A stretch of 64,000 nt of DNA from Glaucostegus cemiculus (taxonomy: Eukaryota). The notes beneath the pieces were generated by a model. It saw nothing but the letters and a program-made list of their open reading frames with translations, was not told the origin of the DNA and made no database searches. Positions 10,315 to 22,790 of this stretch are shown here, one piece after another. Numbering within the stretch: the first letter of the stretch is position 1; each line of letters starts with the position of its first letter. The position numbers were made by a program, and so were the translations under genes. The stretch is from positions 6,944,001 through 7,008,000 of the forward strand of contig CDPCPM010000029.1 of NCBI GenBank assembly GCA_976551045.1. The letters run 5' to 3'.

Positions 10315-13200
10315 TACATACGAAATTTGAAATAAAAGCACAAACTAGTGGAGATGCACAGCAGGTCAGGCAGCACTTACCGAGAGAGAAGCAAGCTTAA
10401 TGTTTTGGGTTGCTGACCTTCTATCAAATTCAGAAAAAGTTAGAATTATTCAGGCAAGGCAGGGAAAGAAAGGAAGGGGTGGAAATAACAAAAGAGAAGA
10501 TCTATGATAGAGTGGAAGGCAAGAGAAATGAAGCGATGTGTGATGCAATGGTAGAGAAAGTAGGAAATGGACAAGTAACAATGCAAGGGTTGGGTTGACT
10601 AAGTTTAAAAGGAAATAGCAGAATCTTTGTCTGAAATGTCTGAACTCAGACTCAAGGAGGTTTAAACAATATTACAAGAATTATTTGAAATTGCTCAGCT
10701 AACATGGAGTCCGAAAACTGAAAGGTGCTTGGTTGAAAAATGAAGTGCTGTTCCTGGAGATTCCACACTAGGGCAGTATGGGCGATCGAGGACATCAAGT
10801 TCAGAGTGGGATGGGAGCAGACAAAGAAAAGGACAGGAATTCACTCTCGTGGACTGATGGAATGTCCTTCCAATGCAGTTACCCAGTCTTTGTTTGATTT
10901 CCCCATTATGCAGGAGACCTCACAAATAGTAGGAAATCCTTTATGCTAAATTGTAAAGAGTACATGTAAATCACCGGAAAGAAATTTTGGTACACTGTAC
11001 TGCAGGAATGGAGATGAAGGAGGTAAAAAGATAGTTGTTATAGTTCCTGTGGAAAAGAAGGCATATCATGGATGACAGAGGACTAGAGTAAGGGATTGGG
11101 GAGGGAATGGTTGAAAAAATGTGCTTCATACTGGCTTTAAGCTGGAGATGACAGAAATAGTCCATTGAATGCGGAGGATATTAGGAAACAACTAAGAATA
11201 AAGCAAGTCTCTTATTGTACTGGGAGAGAGGAAAGGGTGTTGAAAGTGTGGTGGAAGGCATTTTAGAAGCATTGGTATTTAAGGTGGTGTTGTCAGAGCA
11301 GAGAGAGAGAGAGAGAGAGACAGACTTGGAACTAGAGCTTAGTGAAGTGAAAGAAAGGGGAAGAGGTATTAGAAACACATGCCTTGGGGTGGTATTATCA
11401 GTACAAGCATTCCAGTTTGGGAAAATAGCAGGAAAGGGCAGTGATGGAGTCATCAATGTATTTCTTTTATCAACATGAGATAAACAAGGACACATGTGTG
11501 GGACCAGAAAAAAAAGTCCCCAAAGTCCCTAAATGACAGGCATGGCTAGGACCTATCCAGGTTGCACCTTTCATCTGGATGAAGTGACTGGGACCAAAAG
11601 AAAGAATGGTTAATAAAATTAATGGTCAAGCTCCAAGAGGTGCAGCGATGATAGTAGCTGGGGTCTGATTGGGTTCTGTTGAAGGAAAGAGTAGAGGGCT
11701 ACTCATCCTGTCCTGGTAGTGAATGAACAAGGGTTCATCTGAAAAGGAAATGGTTAAAGTCAGGAAACTGGAAAGTGCTGAACTGGAAGAGGCTGCCAGC
11801 AGAATTGTGGGTGAAGGTTAGGAAAAGATTGACATGTTCAGTAACAACAGAACATAGAGCACTACAGCACAGTACAGGCCCTTTGGCCCACAATGTTGTG
11901 CCGACATTTTATCCTGCTCTAAGATCTATCTAACCCTTCCCTCCCACATAGGCCTCTATTTTTCTATCATTCATGTGTTTATCTGAGTCTCTTAAATGTC
12001 CCTAATGTATCTACCCCCACAACCTCTGCCAACAGGGCGTTCCACGCACCCACCACTCTGTGTAAAAAACTTACCCCTGACATCCCCTTTCTACCTTCCT
12101 CCAATCACCTTAAAATTATAGCCCCTCATGTAAGCCATTGCCGCCCTGGGAAAAAGTCTTTGACTGTCTACTCGATCTATGCCTCTTATCATCTTGAACA
12201 CCTCTATCAAGTCACCTCTTGTCCTCCTTCTCTCCAAAGAGAAAAGCCCTAGCTCGCTCAATCTATCCTCATAAAACATACTCTCCAATCCAGGCAACAT
12301 CCTGGTAAATCTCCTCTGCACCCTCTCTTAAAGCTTCCTTTCTATAATGAGGCAACCAGAACTGAACACAATACTCCAAGTGTTGTCTGACCAGAGTTCT
12401 ATAGAGCTGCAACATCACCTCATGGCTCTTGAACTCAATACCCCGACTAATGAAGGTCAACACTCTATATGCCTTCTTAACCACCCTATCGACCTATGCA
12501 GGAACCTTGAGGGATCTATGGACATGGACCACAAGATCCCTCTGTTCCTCCACACTGCTAAGAGCCCTGTCATTAACCTTGTATTCTGCCTTCAAATTCG
12601 ATCTCCCGAAGTGAATCACTTCACACTTATCTGGGTTGAACTCCATCTGCCACTTCTCAGCCCAGCTCTGAATTCTATCAATATCCTGTTGTAATCTACA
12701 GCAACTTTCTACACTATCCACAACACCACCAACCTTTGTATCATCAGCAAACTTACTAACCCACCCTTCCTTCCACATCCTCATCCAAGTCATTTATAAA
12801 AATCACAAAGAGCAGGGGTCCCAGAACAGATCCCTGCAGGACACCATTTATCACCAACCTCCAATGGAGTTGAAATATTTCTAAAAACATCAGTTTCTGG
12901 GAAAGAATATTTCAAAATGTTGGGTTTTACCCAACCAGTCCCATTTGTAGATCTTGGGATTGTTGTGTTGAGTTTGACTTGCAGGCCTTGGATTGAATAT
13001 TCCTGAGGAGATGAACTCATTGATGGCTTGGGAACCAATGTCTTGATGTTTCGTAAGTGCCATGATCCAGAGGGAGATGGGAGAAGGGGCTGGCATTCTG
13101 CTTTTGCAACCTTGGGGTTGGATACATGAACCAACAACAACATCATCTTTGTCTCCAGTTTAAAGGCAACTTGTGGAGATTTGAAAGGACTATGAGCAAG
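10315..13200 (-). mobile_element. Degraded Penelope-like element (RT, GIY-YIG remnants, pLTR) interrupted by a CR1
   Basis: ORF 12890-13096 TKHQDIGSQAINEFISSG...PKIYK resembles PLE RT N-terminus; 11520-11740 minus gives RT-like ...SFGPSHFIQMKG; pLTR at ~10315-10440 (cagcaggtcaggcagca). Confidence 0.65.
11844..12864 (-). mobile_element. CR1 LINE, 5'-truncated
   Basis: ORFs [34 protein letters not shown]; tail near 11848. Confidence 0.95.
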
Positions 13201-13221
13201 TTCAGATCAGTGTAAGTTGTT

Positions 13222-13223
<2 letters not shown>

Positions 13224-13258
<35 letters not shown>
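13224..13258. repeat. (TG)n microsatellite
   Basis: About 17 TG units. Confidence 0.95.
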
Positions 13259-13259
<1 letters not shown>

Positions 13260-13363
13260 AGTAGGTTAGTGAGTGAATGTGGATAGGGTAGGTTAGTGAG
13301 TGGTTCAGCTAGGCTATTCCACTCACTCACTAACCTATCCCATTCACTCACTAACCTACTCCA
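13257..13363. repeat. Inverted repeat built from taggttagtgagtg units
   Basis: tggagtaggttagtgagtgaatg pairs with cattcactcactaacctactcca. Confidence 0.9.
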
Positions 13364-13859
13364 ATCACTGCAGAATCTGCATAATTCCTTTCTCTATGCT
13401 GAAGATACATACCTCTTCTACAGCTGATGAAAAAACTGAGCCTTATTCAGTTCAGTGCCCTTCTAACCTTTGTGACTGAGTCTCAATTAATATAGATCAC
13501 TGAATACGCGAGGTTACATTTGAAACTGTAATGAGATAAGCTTAAGTAAATCAAAATTAACTACAATACCCTTTTTCTTATGTTTCAGAAACAGTAATCT
13601 TGAAGCTGATATGCATCTGAAGAAACTGAGTTTGCATATAGAACACTATTTGTCCAGGCTAGAGAGTTTGTAATTACTGCTCAGGATACTTCTACAATCT
13701 CAGTTACATCTCATTCTATAAGACAAAACATTTTAAAGTTTTTTTTACAATGAAGTAATTCATAAATAATTGAATTTCCTGTCTCATTTCTGTTTATCTC
13801 TTCTGATCATATGGAAGGAGGTTGTAAATGTGCTTTCACAGAGGTGCAGGGAATCAACA

Positions 13860-14026
13860 GTTTCTGGTTATCCATGTTTACTGAACATGGGAATTTTTTT
13901 TTGTTCAGTGTGTCTGTGTGCCTCTGCTGTTTGTTATTTAATGGGACGAGCACCTGAGGAGGATGGTATCTCGCTCCTATGCATACTATGTATGTATATG
14001 GTTGTGACAATAAAACTGATTCTGAT
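13860..14026 (+). mobile_element. Rex1/Babar LINE 3'UTR remnant
   Basis: ggaggatggtatct...tatggttgtgacaataaaactgattctgatg is the reverse complement of the tail at 26696-26765. Confidence 0.75.
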
Positions 14027-16442
14027 GTGTGCACTTCATAAGTTGCTGCCAGATTTTCTCCATTCTGCCGGTGAGTGCTGGAAGGCTCACTGTTTTCCTG
14101 AGCTATCAAATGAATCCTATTGTTGTGGTTTTAGTTTGGTAATTATTTGTATTAAGAATACAGTCAAGACTCGATGCGGTTCAAGTATCAAGATGGGTGG
14201 TAAGTTCTTACTCCTTGTAACTCATTTCACTAGGTTCATGAGAGATGACTCTTCTCTAGCTGATGAAAGAACTGTTCAGTTCTGTGCCCTTGTAACCTCT
14301 GTGCATTTTCATTTTGCAGCCAGCCCTGCCTCACTGGCAAGACTTCACTGCATCACAGTTTTGGTGGTGTAAGTTGAGAGGGACTTCAGGGGAATTCTTT
14401 CATGGTTGCCATGGAATATTTTAAAATCTGTCTGAAAGATAGAGGATTTCATCCAGAAAACTGGAAAAGTTAAACAACAATTCATTGAAAAAGTACGTGT
14501 CAATCCAAAGCAACACAGGGAACATAGGAAGTTGCCTGGGGAGATTATAATCTGAAATCATTTCAATATTACAGTCTGTACTGAACCAACTAATTAATAT
14601 AAATAATCTTTTACTTTAATTAAGTAACTAAATCTTTCCATAGTCTTCACATTCCTGAAAATAATATACACTAGTTTCTTGGCTATGATATTCTGTGTCC
14701 ATATTTTATTTGCTGTGTCTGACACCAGATAATTAAAACCATGAAAGTTGACTATCTCGGTGCACAAGGAAACTGCAGGGAATTTGCTGCAGGACAGAGC
14801 TTTGATTAACTGGGAATTAGTTATACTATCTCTACACAGTTTAATTGCATGATAGAGTGCAAATGGCTGCATCATATCATGGTGTATCTGGACTGTACAC
14901 CTTACATTCTCTCATTAAACAAGCATTTGGCCTCCTGTATGATGTGAACAGTGAGTGTAGAGAGGAGTTTAGGAATTGTCAGGGCTAACAGCTGTACACT
15001 AGTGCTTTCACTGTGAATTCTCCAGCAGTTTAGGTTGAAACTGAAGATGGCTTGGAGGAAGTTAAGCTGTTTTTATATCTGTGTTACATCAGCGTAGTGA
15101 ATGCTGATGACTTTTTTCTGTTTAAATTTGTCACTCTTTTCAGATGCATATGCTCTCCTCACAGACTCTCAGAGCAACAACAGTAAAATTCAACAATGAG
15201 ACATTTAGACTTTAGATTATGCACAGTGTAAGCTTTTTATTTAATACTAAAACCACTGAAGGTGACAATGAGAATAATTAATTAATAGGCCAGTTTGCTG
15301 ATGGTAAATGCAACAATTCTACAGATATTTAAGAAGATATTTATATTAATTAATGCCCCTGAAACAAATTAAAATATATAGTCTCTGTGAATTTAAATAT
15401 TGATTCAGAAGGCAAAAAAAGCATTAATATGCATGAAGGAAGCAAGGCATGTCATGATTTTAAAGTATATAAAACATATCTTGGAAGGTTCTGAGCAAGA
15501 TTATACATTTGCAAGCGTCAGTTGTCTTGCACTTACCATGTGCACTGAAAAGCTCTCCTCTTATTATTAATAAGCACTTTCAAAGGTCAGTTAAGTCCTA
15601 CGAAAATAGCTGCAGATTTTAATGGAATGAACTCACATTTATACAGAGGTATTAACATTACCCTATTAATGCAGCAGATTTTTTGCATTAATTAACTTCC
15701 ACACCAGCTTAAAGATCATAAAAGGTTACATTGTAAAAATAAAGGCATAATTTCTCTGGAAAATGTACAGAGCACTAACATGAGGCTGAAATGTTGCATA
15801 CATTTACATTTTGATCACTCTGTCAGCAGATGAAGGCTGACCAACTCAGCCCAATGGTGGGAGATTAAATCTTTAATGTAACCAGTTGGATTTTATATTT
15901 AACATTTATAATGTTCGACCTGTTTGCAGCACAGCTGTAGAATACATACCACCATGGTTTGTGGACTGGACAGAAGATATCAATAAATGTAATAAAAACA
16001 AATTACTTTTATGACTTCCTTCATCTTGTTTATTACTGTTCTCATTATTGCAATTCAGTAAGCATAGATATATTTAAATTAATTAAGGTGAGTGTTTGCC
16101 ATATCCAAATGGAAATAATTGATAGGATGAAATGTGCTATTTACTTAATGCATTAAATAATTTAGTAATGCATTTTATCAGGAAAAGTAAATAACATGAG
16201 AAAAACATTATTAAGGATTTATATTAAATTGTTTGATTGATGGGATTATTGCAACAACTTGTAGTTTTGTGCAAGGTTCAAGTTGATCTTCTTTAGGACA
16301 CAATTAAATATTGATGAAAAGATTTACAAACAGCATTATTCCTCACAATGTATAAAAATATCATAAGGTTCACCGGTTCCTTAGACATTGAACTCCATTT
16401 TGAATAACTGCAGGAATATACTGTTAAATTCTCAGTTCTTAC

Positions 16443-16711
16443 ATGAGATCTCTAAAACTAGTCTTGGACAATGTCTTGCATAAAAGATCTAAAACCTTAT
16501 TACGCTTGCAGATTCGATGCTGCTTCATAGAGAGACATCTGTCTGAAATATGTCCCGAAGTCTCGATTACATATCGACATCCTCTACGGGTTTTGTTCAT
16601 GGTAGATCTGACTAGTGCAATGTTGTTCTTCACTGGGAAAACACTTGATCTTAATGGCAATGCAGTAATAAAATGCAATTGTAGAAAAGGAGTAAACCCC
16701 TCATCCAACAG
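16443..16711 (-). other. Candidate orphan coding exon (alternative acceptor gives 16443-16632)
   Basis: Acceptors ccccaattcag and gttttcccag, donor AT|GTAAGA, open frame including ACCATG NKTRRGCRYVIETSGHISDRC, local CpG cluster. Confidence 0.3.
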
Positions 16712-16979
16712 CTGAATTGGGGATAATTTTTATAATACAACACTCCAATCCCCTGATGTAGCATTCAAGTCCAAATCTCAAACTCAATATCTCTCCAATT
16801 TCCATGGTAACCGGAATATTATGCCTGATGTACACCCTTCCACACTGCTAACCTTAGGGCAGAAAACAATAACAGTTTAGCAATCCAATAATGTGTTTAA
16901 GTATAGAATTCACTGTAATTCATCTTCAAAAGCAAAATTTTCAAAACCAGCAGCAAGAAATTCAACGATTTAGATTCAC

Positions 16980-17335
16980 TTGTTTTCTCAAACTGAGGCC
17001 TTCTGCTCTAGAGCTTCTGAAATGTCTTCCTTCTTCCTGAAATGTGCCTTCCCCTTTGCAATAGTTGATGGAATCCTCACACGCACTTTCTCTAATTCCA
17101 GTACGTCTGTTCTCACCCACTCCCTGCCAGACCAAACAATAACAGAGTTCCCTTGGTTCTCATCTTTCACCCCGTTGGCCTCTGCATCCAACATCACATC
17201 CTTCGCTATTTCAGCCAGTCACCACCAGTGATCCCACCACCAGTCACGTCTCCCCCTCAACTCCCCTTTTTGCTTTCCATTGGGACCGCTCTCTTCATGA
17301 CTTCCTGGTCTGCTCATCCCTCCTCACCATGTAAC
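16980..17335 (+). mobile_element. Penelope-like RT-linker fragment
   Basis: EAFCSRASEMSSFF and LIFHPVGLCIQHHILRYFSQ parallel HSRMSEMSNFF and LTFHPTSLRIQHIILCRFCH at 24696-24985. Confidence 0.85.
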
Positions 17336-17679
17336 TAATAAAGAAACCTTATCTTATCTAATATCTTATTATCTCTTCTGAGCCCTCAGGACTGAGAAAG
17401 AAAAGGTTCTGCTTCAGGAAGTTCAAAGAGAAATATGCTATATTTTAGCCACAGGTGTAGCTATGGTGAAAGAAAAGAATTTGTTCTGCCAGTGATTCCA
17501 GCAGTATGACATTCATTATACAGAAGATGTCCTTGATGTAAGAGTTGTGCTCTTGAGTCTTGAAATGTTGTTCAACAATCTTTACTTCTCAGGCTGGAAC
17601 AGGAAGCATCTGCAACATGCTGAGGCTGCAGCATTCATTGGGTGGCAGTGGGTGGGGAGGGGGAGTAGGGGGAAGGGGT

Positions 17680-18452
17680 ATGAGGTGGTGGGTGGTTCAC
17701 AGACACCGTCCAGTCCAGGAGAGCAGAAGTCTTCCCATCCTTCTATGGGAGAAAGCAACAGCCAGTGTGAGCCAGTGGCCCCGTAAGATCTGTGAGCTTC
17801 CTGAAGGAGCAGTGAGCCATTTCCCACACTCACACTACCTCAGGGCACAAATGTAAACTGGGGCGGTGGTGGAGGCAGGTACATTGGTCACATTCAAGAG
17901 ATTACTAAATAAGCATATGGAGGAATTTAAAATAGATGGATCTGTAAGAAGAAGGGTTTAGATATTCTTTGGCAAGGTTTAAAGGTCGGCACAACATTGT
18001 GGGCCGAAGGGCCTGTATTGTGCTATGCTGTTCTATTTTCTCTGTTACTCTACGCAGTATCACCAGCTGCAACAACTTCTGGTGCCTGAATATACGACCA
18101 TACCCAATCCACTGTGATGGCCACTTTCCAACGTCCAGGAAATAGTCATGAAATATTCATTCCACTGTGCCTTGAGCTAACTGACCAAATCAAAGGGGGT
18201 GCAACTGGGTAATAAACACTAGTCTCTTTTTCAAGACTCAAGAGCACAACTCGCACACCAGGGGATGCTTAGAGTTTACATTTGTGCCCTGAAGTAGTGT
18301 AAGTGTGGGAAATGGCTTGCTGCTCCTTCAGGAAGTTCACTGATCTCACGGGGCCACTGGCTCACATTGGCTGTTGCTTTCTCCCAGGGAAGGATGGGTA
18401 GACTTCTGCTCTCCTGGATTGGAAGTTGTCTGTGAACCACCCATCACCTCAT
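17680..18452. repeat. Long inverted repeat, ~180 bp arms (17680-17859 and 18273-18452)
   Basis: atgaggtggtgggtggttcacagaca...cagggcacaaatgtaaact is the reverse complement of agtttacatttgtgccctg...tgtctgtgaaccacccatcacctcat. Confidence 0.9.
17858..18045 (+). mobile_element. CR1 3' tail
   Basis: gtggtggaggcaggtacattgg...ggcacaacattgtgggccgaagggcctgt. Confidence 0.85.
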
Positions 18453-18838
18453 TCCTGTTCTGTATAATGGAAGTCACACTATGTACATGACCTGAGAGTA
18501 CAAACCATCAAAGTGGCAGGATAATAGCCAAAAACATATTATCCTTTCAAGCCTACAAAACTATGATAAAATACCTTAATAGCTTTCTCTAAGTGCCTTT
18601 GTCTGTCCTTCCATGGTTGCAGGATTGATCATGGCAGGCTCCAGCATAGGAGGCTACACGTAGCCTTGGAAGATGACTCTGAGAGACTCTGGGCCTAGAA
18701 TGTCCATCTTAGGATTGAACCTTCTCAATATGTGGTGCTTTAGAATTGGTAGAATATTATTTTTGAAGATACTGTATGTTCATAGACACTGACCATCCCT
18801 AATGAAATCGGGAAACATCTAATGGTCCATGTTTTATA

Positions 18839-19135
18839 GGCAGGCACGGTAGCATAGCAGTTAGCATAATGCCTTACAGGGCCAGCAACCCGGGTTCAAA
18901 TCTGGCCACTGTCAGTAAGGAGTTTGTACATTCTCTCTGTGTCTGTGTGGGTTTCCTCCAGGTGCTCCGGTTTACTCCCACATTCCAAAGACATACAGGT
19001 TAGGAAGTTATGGGCATGCTATGTTGGCACCAGAAGTGTGGCGACACTTATGGGCTGTCCCCCAAAATCACTACACAAAAGATGTACTTGACTGTGTGTT
19101 TTGATGTACATGTGACTAATGAGGATATCTTATCT
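18839..19135 (+). mobile_element. tRNA-derived V-SINE-type element, gatatcttatct-tailed family
   Basis: ggcacggtagcatagcagttag...cccgggttcaaatc head, V-core, tail gtacatgtgactaat...gatatcttatct. Confidence 0.85.
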
Positions 19136-19819
19136 TTGTGGTACGAAGAAGGGAGAAACTAGCAGAGCTTTTCATCATTGCTTGTGAATTGGGTACACCT
19201 TGGAGGTTTTTGTACGGATGTTGATTTACAAGGAAGTCCCAAAGTTGCTGCCCATTCTCCACTGCATTTCACAGGCTGTATTGTTTGCAGCCTTCTTTAC
19301 AGTCAAGCCAAAATTGCCTGAGCTTTTTGAATTTAAGCTATTTATAAATTAGTCCCACAGTGAATATATCCCAAAAATCTTAGGCTTGATTACAACAAAC
19401 ATAAGGACACTTAAAATGACATACTAAAGCTTAATTATCGCTTAGCAAACTACCTGGCTGTTTCTTTATTTGTATAGTAAGTTATCTGGAATATTCAAAC
19501 ATTAAAGGATCCAAAATTCATTTTTTATGGAGTATCTATGATACTTCTGCTTTTACTTTAATTGCACGGATGTGTTCAAACCATTATTTACCACTCAATA
19601 TAATGTTTCAAAGGTTAGTTTGAAGTTACTTGTTGATTTGTTCCATGTGGACATTTTTTAAAATAATTTTTTAGAGAGCTTGATAGTATCACAATTCGAG
19701 GGTATGAGTGATCCCCCTGAACTGATGCCAGCAGCAATGACATAGAGAAAAAAGGAGCTTTTTGGGAAAGAGGTGGCTTGAGCTTTGAGGGGAGCTGCCA
19801 ATTCACTGCTGATCACAAA

Positions 19820-20030
19820 TTAGAACATAGAACGTAACAGCACAATACAGGCCCTTTGGCCCACAATTTTGTGCCGACCTTTAAACCTCACCCCAGACTA
19901 TCTAACTTCTTCCTCCCACATATTCCTCTATTTTAAATTCCTCCATATGCTTATCTAGTAATCTCTTGAATGTGACTAATGTACCTGCCTCCACCACCGC
20001 CCCAGGCAGTGCATTCCATGCCCCAACCAA
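19820..20030 (-). mobile_element. CR1 3' tail, same subfamily as 17858-18045
   Basis: Near reverse complement of 17858-18040. Confidence 0.85.
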
Positions 20031-20789
20031 ATTCTGGGCCAATAGCACATGGGTCAAGTGTAAAGTAACATGTTACAGCAAAATGCCAAATCCATTGAAT
20101 GGAATGCTTCAGACTGATCCATTAGGCAGAAATACTATTGTAATTCACAGATTCACTATTCTTTGTAGGACCAGTATGAAGCACTCTTGTGGCACCGAGA
20201 GCGCAGTTAAAATATAAATACACCCTCAGCCTTATACAAGGACCTACTTATACTGAACAAAGCAGAGTGCAATTCCCAGTAGCAAAGAGTCTCATCTGCT
20301 TTGCTTGGGTGTTAGTTAGGGCCGTTACACATAATTGATACTCCCCAAGGGTAATTTTAACTTTCAATAATGGTCTAAAACAGATGTTAATAAATTGACA
20401 GTCTGTTTTACATCCCTCTTGACTTTACTTCTATTGAACTCAATGTCAGGTGTACTGATCCGCATTAAACATCTGCTTCTCTTTCTCTCTTTGTCATAAG
20501 CATGAGATAGGGTTCAGTGTTTAGCAGATGCAAACACCACACCGTGCAGAAGAAGGGGCATAATGAAGAAGACTCTGTGCTTTGGGGACTAAAAGCTGCT
20601 CTTCAAGGTTCATGCTGTAAGGACAAATTGGGCCAAATGAAATAATGTATATTGGCCCACAATTGCGTAGTTCTGCAGCTGTGATTATCCGACTGTTGTC
20701 ACCAAGAGCAGATTGTCATCTTGTGAATATGGACAAGATTCTAATGGAAGTGCATTAATCAACTGGTCCAATCAAATCAAAACTTGGTA

Positions 20790-21480
20790 GCTAAAAATCT
20801 ATCAATCACTGTCTTAAATATGTCCAACAACTGATACTTCCACAGCCCTGCAGGGAAGTGGAGGCATCAGGCCAAATATTAACCAACCTCTCGGTGAAAA
20901 AATTGCTTCCCATCTCAGTCCTGTATGGCTGACCCCTTATTCTGAGACTGGGACTTTTGGTTCTACACAACTCAGCCCCAGGGTATTACCAACTCAGCAT
21001 CTATCCTATTAATCCTCATGAAAATGTTGCACTTTTCAATAAGATCATCTCTTGTTCCTCTAACTTCAAGGAAGTACAGAGCTAGCCTGTCTATTCTCTC
21101 CTCAAATGACAAATCTGCCATCTCAGGAATCAAGCTGGTGAATGTTGTTGCATTCCCTTTATCCCAAGGAAAGCCTTCCATAAATAGGTAGACTAGAACC
21201 ATAATTCAATATTTCAGATGCAGTCTCACCAGGAAAAAGATTTTTTTGCTAGTGTATTCAAATCTTTTTGCAATAAAAGCCAACATACAGTTATTGTTCC
21301 TGTTTGTTGTACCAGTATATAATCTTCAATTGACAAAAACATTCAGGACCCTCTGAACATCAACACCTTTCAATCTCTAATCATTTGACTATTACTCTGC
21401 CTTTTTACTTTTTTTACTAAAGTGACAACCTCAGATTTTTCCAGGGTACATTCTATCTGCCTACTTTTGACCAATTTGGA
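20790..21480 (-). mobile_element. Old degraded CR1 3' part
   Basis: ORF 20972-21202 FTSLIPEMADLSFEERIDRLALYFLE...DLIE. Confidence 0.75.
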
Positions 21481-22224
21481 AACAAAATTGAGATGTTTTG
21501 CAAACAAAATGAATGTGGAAATTAGAATGGTATTTCTGTGTAACAGCCCAATGTTTTGCTCATTCACCTATGAAAGTAAGTGCAAGGATTGGAATTCTGT
21601 TGCTGTGATTCCTGAGCGACTGAGTATTAGTTAGCTGTGTTCAAATGGTGCAAAACTAAATGACCCTGCATGGGTCAGTTTTATGCTAGTACCTTTCAAA
21701 TTTGTCCTGCTGGCATTAAAAGCAGTCTCCCTCTTGGATAATAGAAAGAACTTGGAATATTTGCTTATAGAATCAATGATAAGATGACGCTTCAAGTAGA
21801 GAAGACAAGAGTAAATGTATATTATCTATCTCTTGATCTCCAGGCAGTTGAGTTTACCATGTTTATAGAATGTTATGGACCCTACCTAAAGATGAATCTG
21901 TTTTCTACTATTACAATAATGACATATTTGGAAACTACAGTTACTTTCTGAATTTATTACGTATGACAGAAGATTGTTTAGATATCATTAGACAGAAAGT
22001 GGGGATAATAAGCTTGTGTTTGACTTGAAGGAAGTGATTTTAGCCCCCTACAAGACGTCTGCTAGGACGTCTACTATTCAAAGTATGATAACATAACAGG
22101 TAGCTATATTTCCAAGTTTGCCAATAATACAAAGATTTGTATGATGGTAATGTGTAGACAGGAAAATAAAATTTGATAGATACATCGATTGGTTGAAAAT
22201 GTCATTTTTAGCTATATTAATATG

Positions 22225-22790
22225 GTAAGGAGCTTCACAAGCACTTAATGAAGCAGAATTGACTCCAAGCCATGTAAGGAAACCACTATGGAATCATGAC
22301 TAAAAGTTTTACCAGAATTAGATATTAAGAACAGAGGAAAGATAGATAGAGGGGTTTTGGGAGGGAGTTCTAGAGCATAAAGCCTTGACAGCCAAAGGCA
22401 TAATAGCCACTGGTGGAGCAATTAAAATTGAGAATATTCATGAGGCTGCAGTTGGAGAAGTTGAGAAATCTTAGAGCATTACCAGGTCACAGAGAGAGAC
22501 GCCATGCCAAGCACAAAAAAAATTAGAAACAAGAATAAGATTTTTAAAATTAAGCCATTGCACAATTGGGAGCAAAGAGCTCAGTGATGGCTGAACAGGA
22601 ATCATGCGAGTTAGGACATGGGCAGCTTTTGATCCCAAATTCACAGAGAATGGAGGTAGGAAGGCTGGTAACGTGTGTGTTAGGATAGGCAGATCTGGAG
22701 GTAACAAAGTCTAAAGGGTTTCAGTGGAGATAAGCAGAGGTTGTACTGGAGTAAGACAAAGCAATATGTACAGATATTCAGTCTGAAAGT
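22225..22790 (-). mobile_element. Degraded L2-clade LINE 3' part
   Basis: ORF 22471-22707 AAHVLTR...LPIVQWLNFKNLILV resembles the L2 ORF2 C-terminus (AARILTR...LPV.QR..FKIL.LV). Confidence 0.6.

Noticed and set aside
13589-13673. NSNLEADMHLKKLSLHIEHYLSRLESL* as exon 2 of the 10089 exon
   Set aside because: Joining creates TG|A, a stop codon at the junction.
13770-14372. Longest ORF (200 aa)
   Set aside because: Starts at TTG, runs through a Rex/Babar 3'UTR remnant, has no recognisable domain.
15144-15227. Plus-strand exon-like segment (ttttcag...gtaagc)
   Set aside because: Stops in all three frames; such splice-like signals are common by chance.
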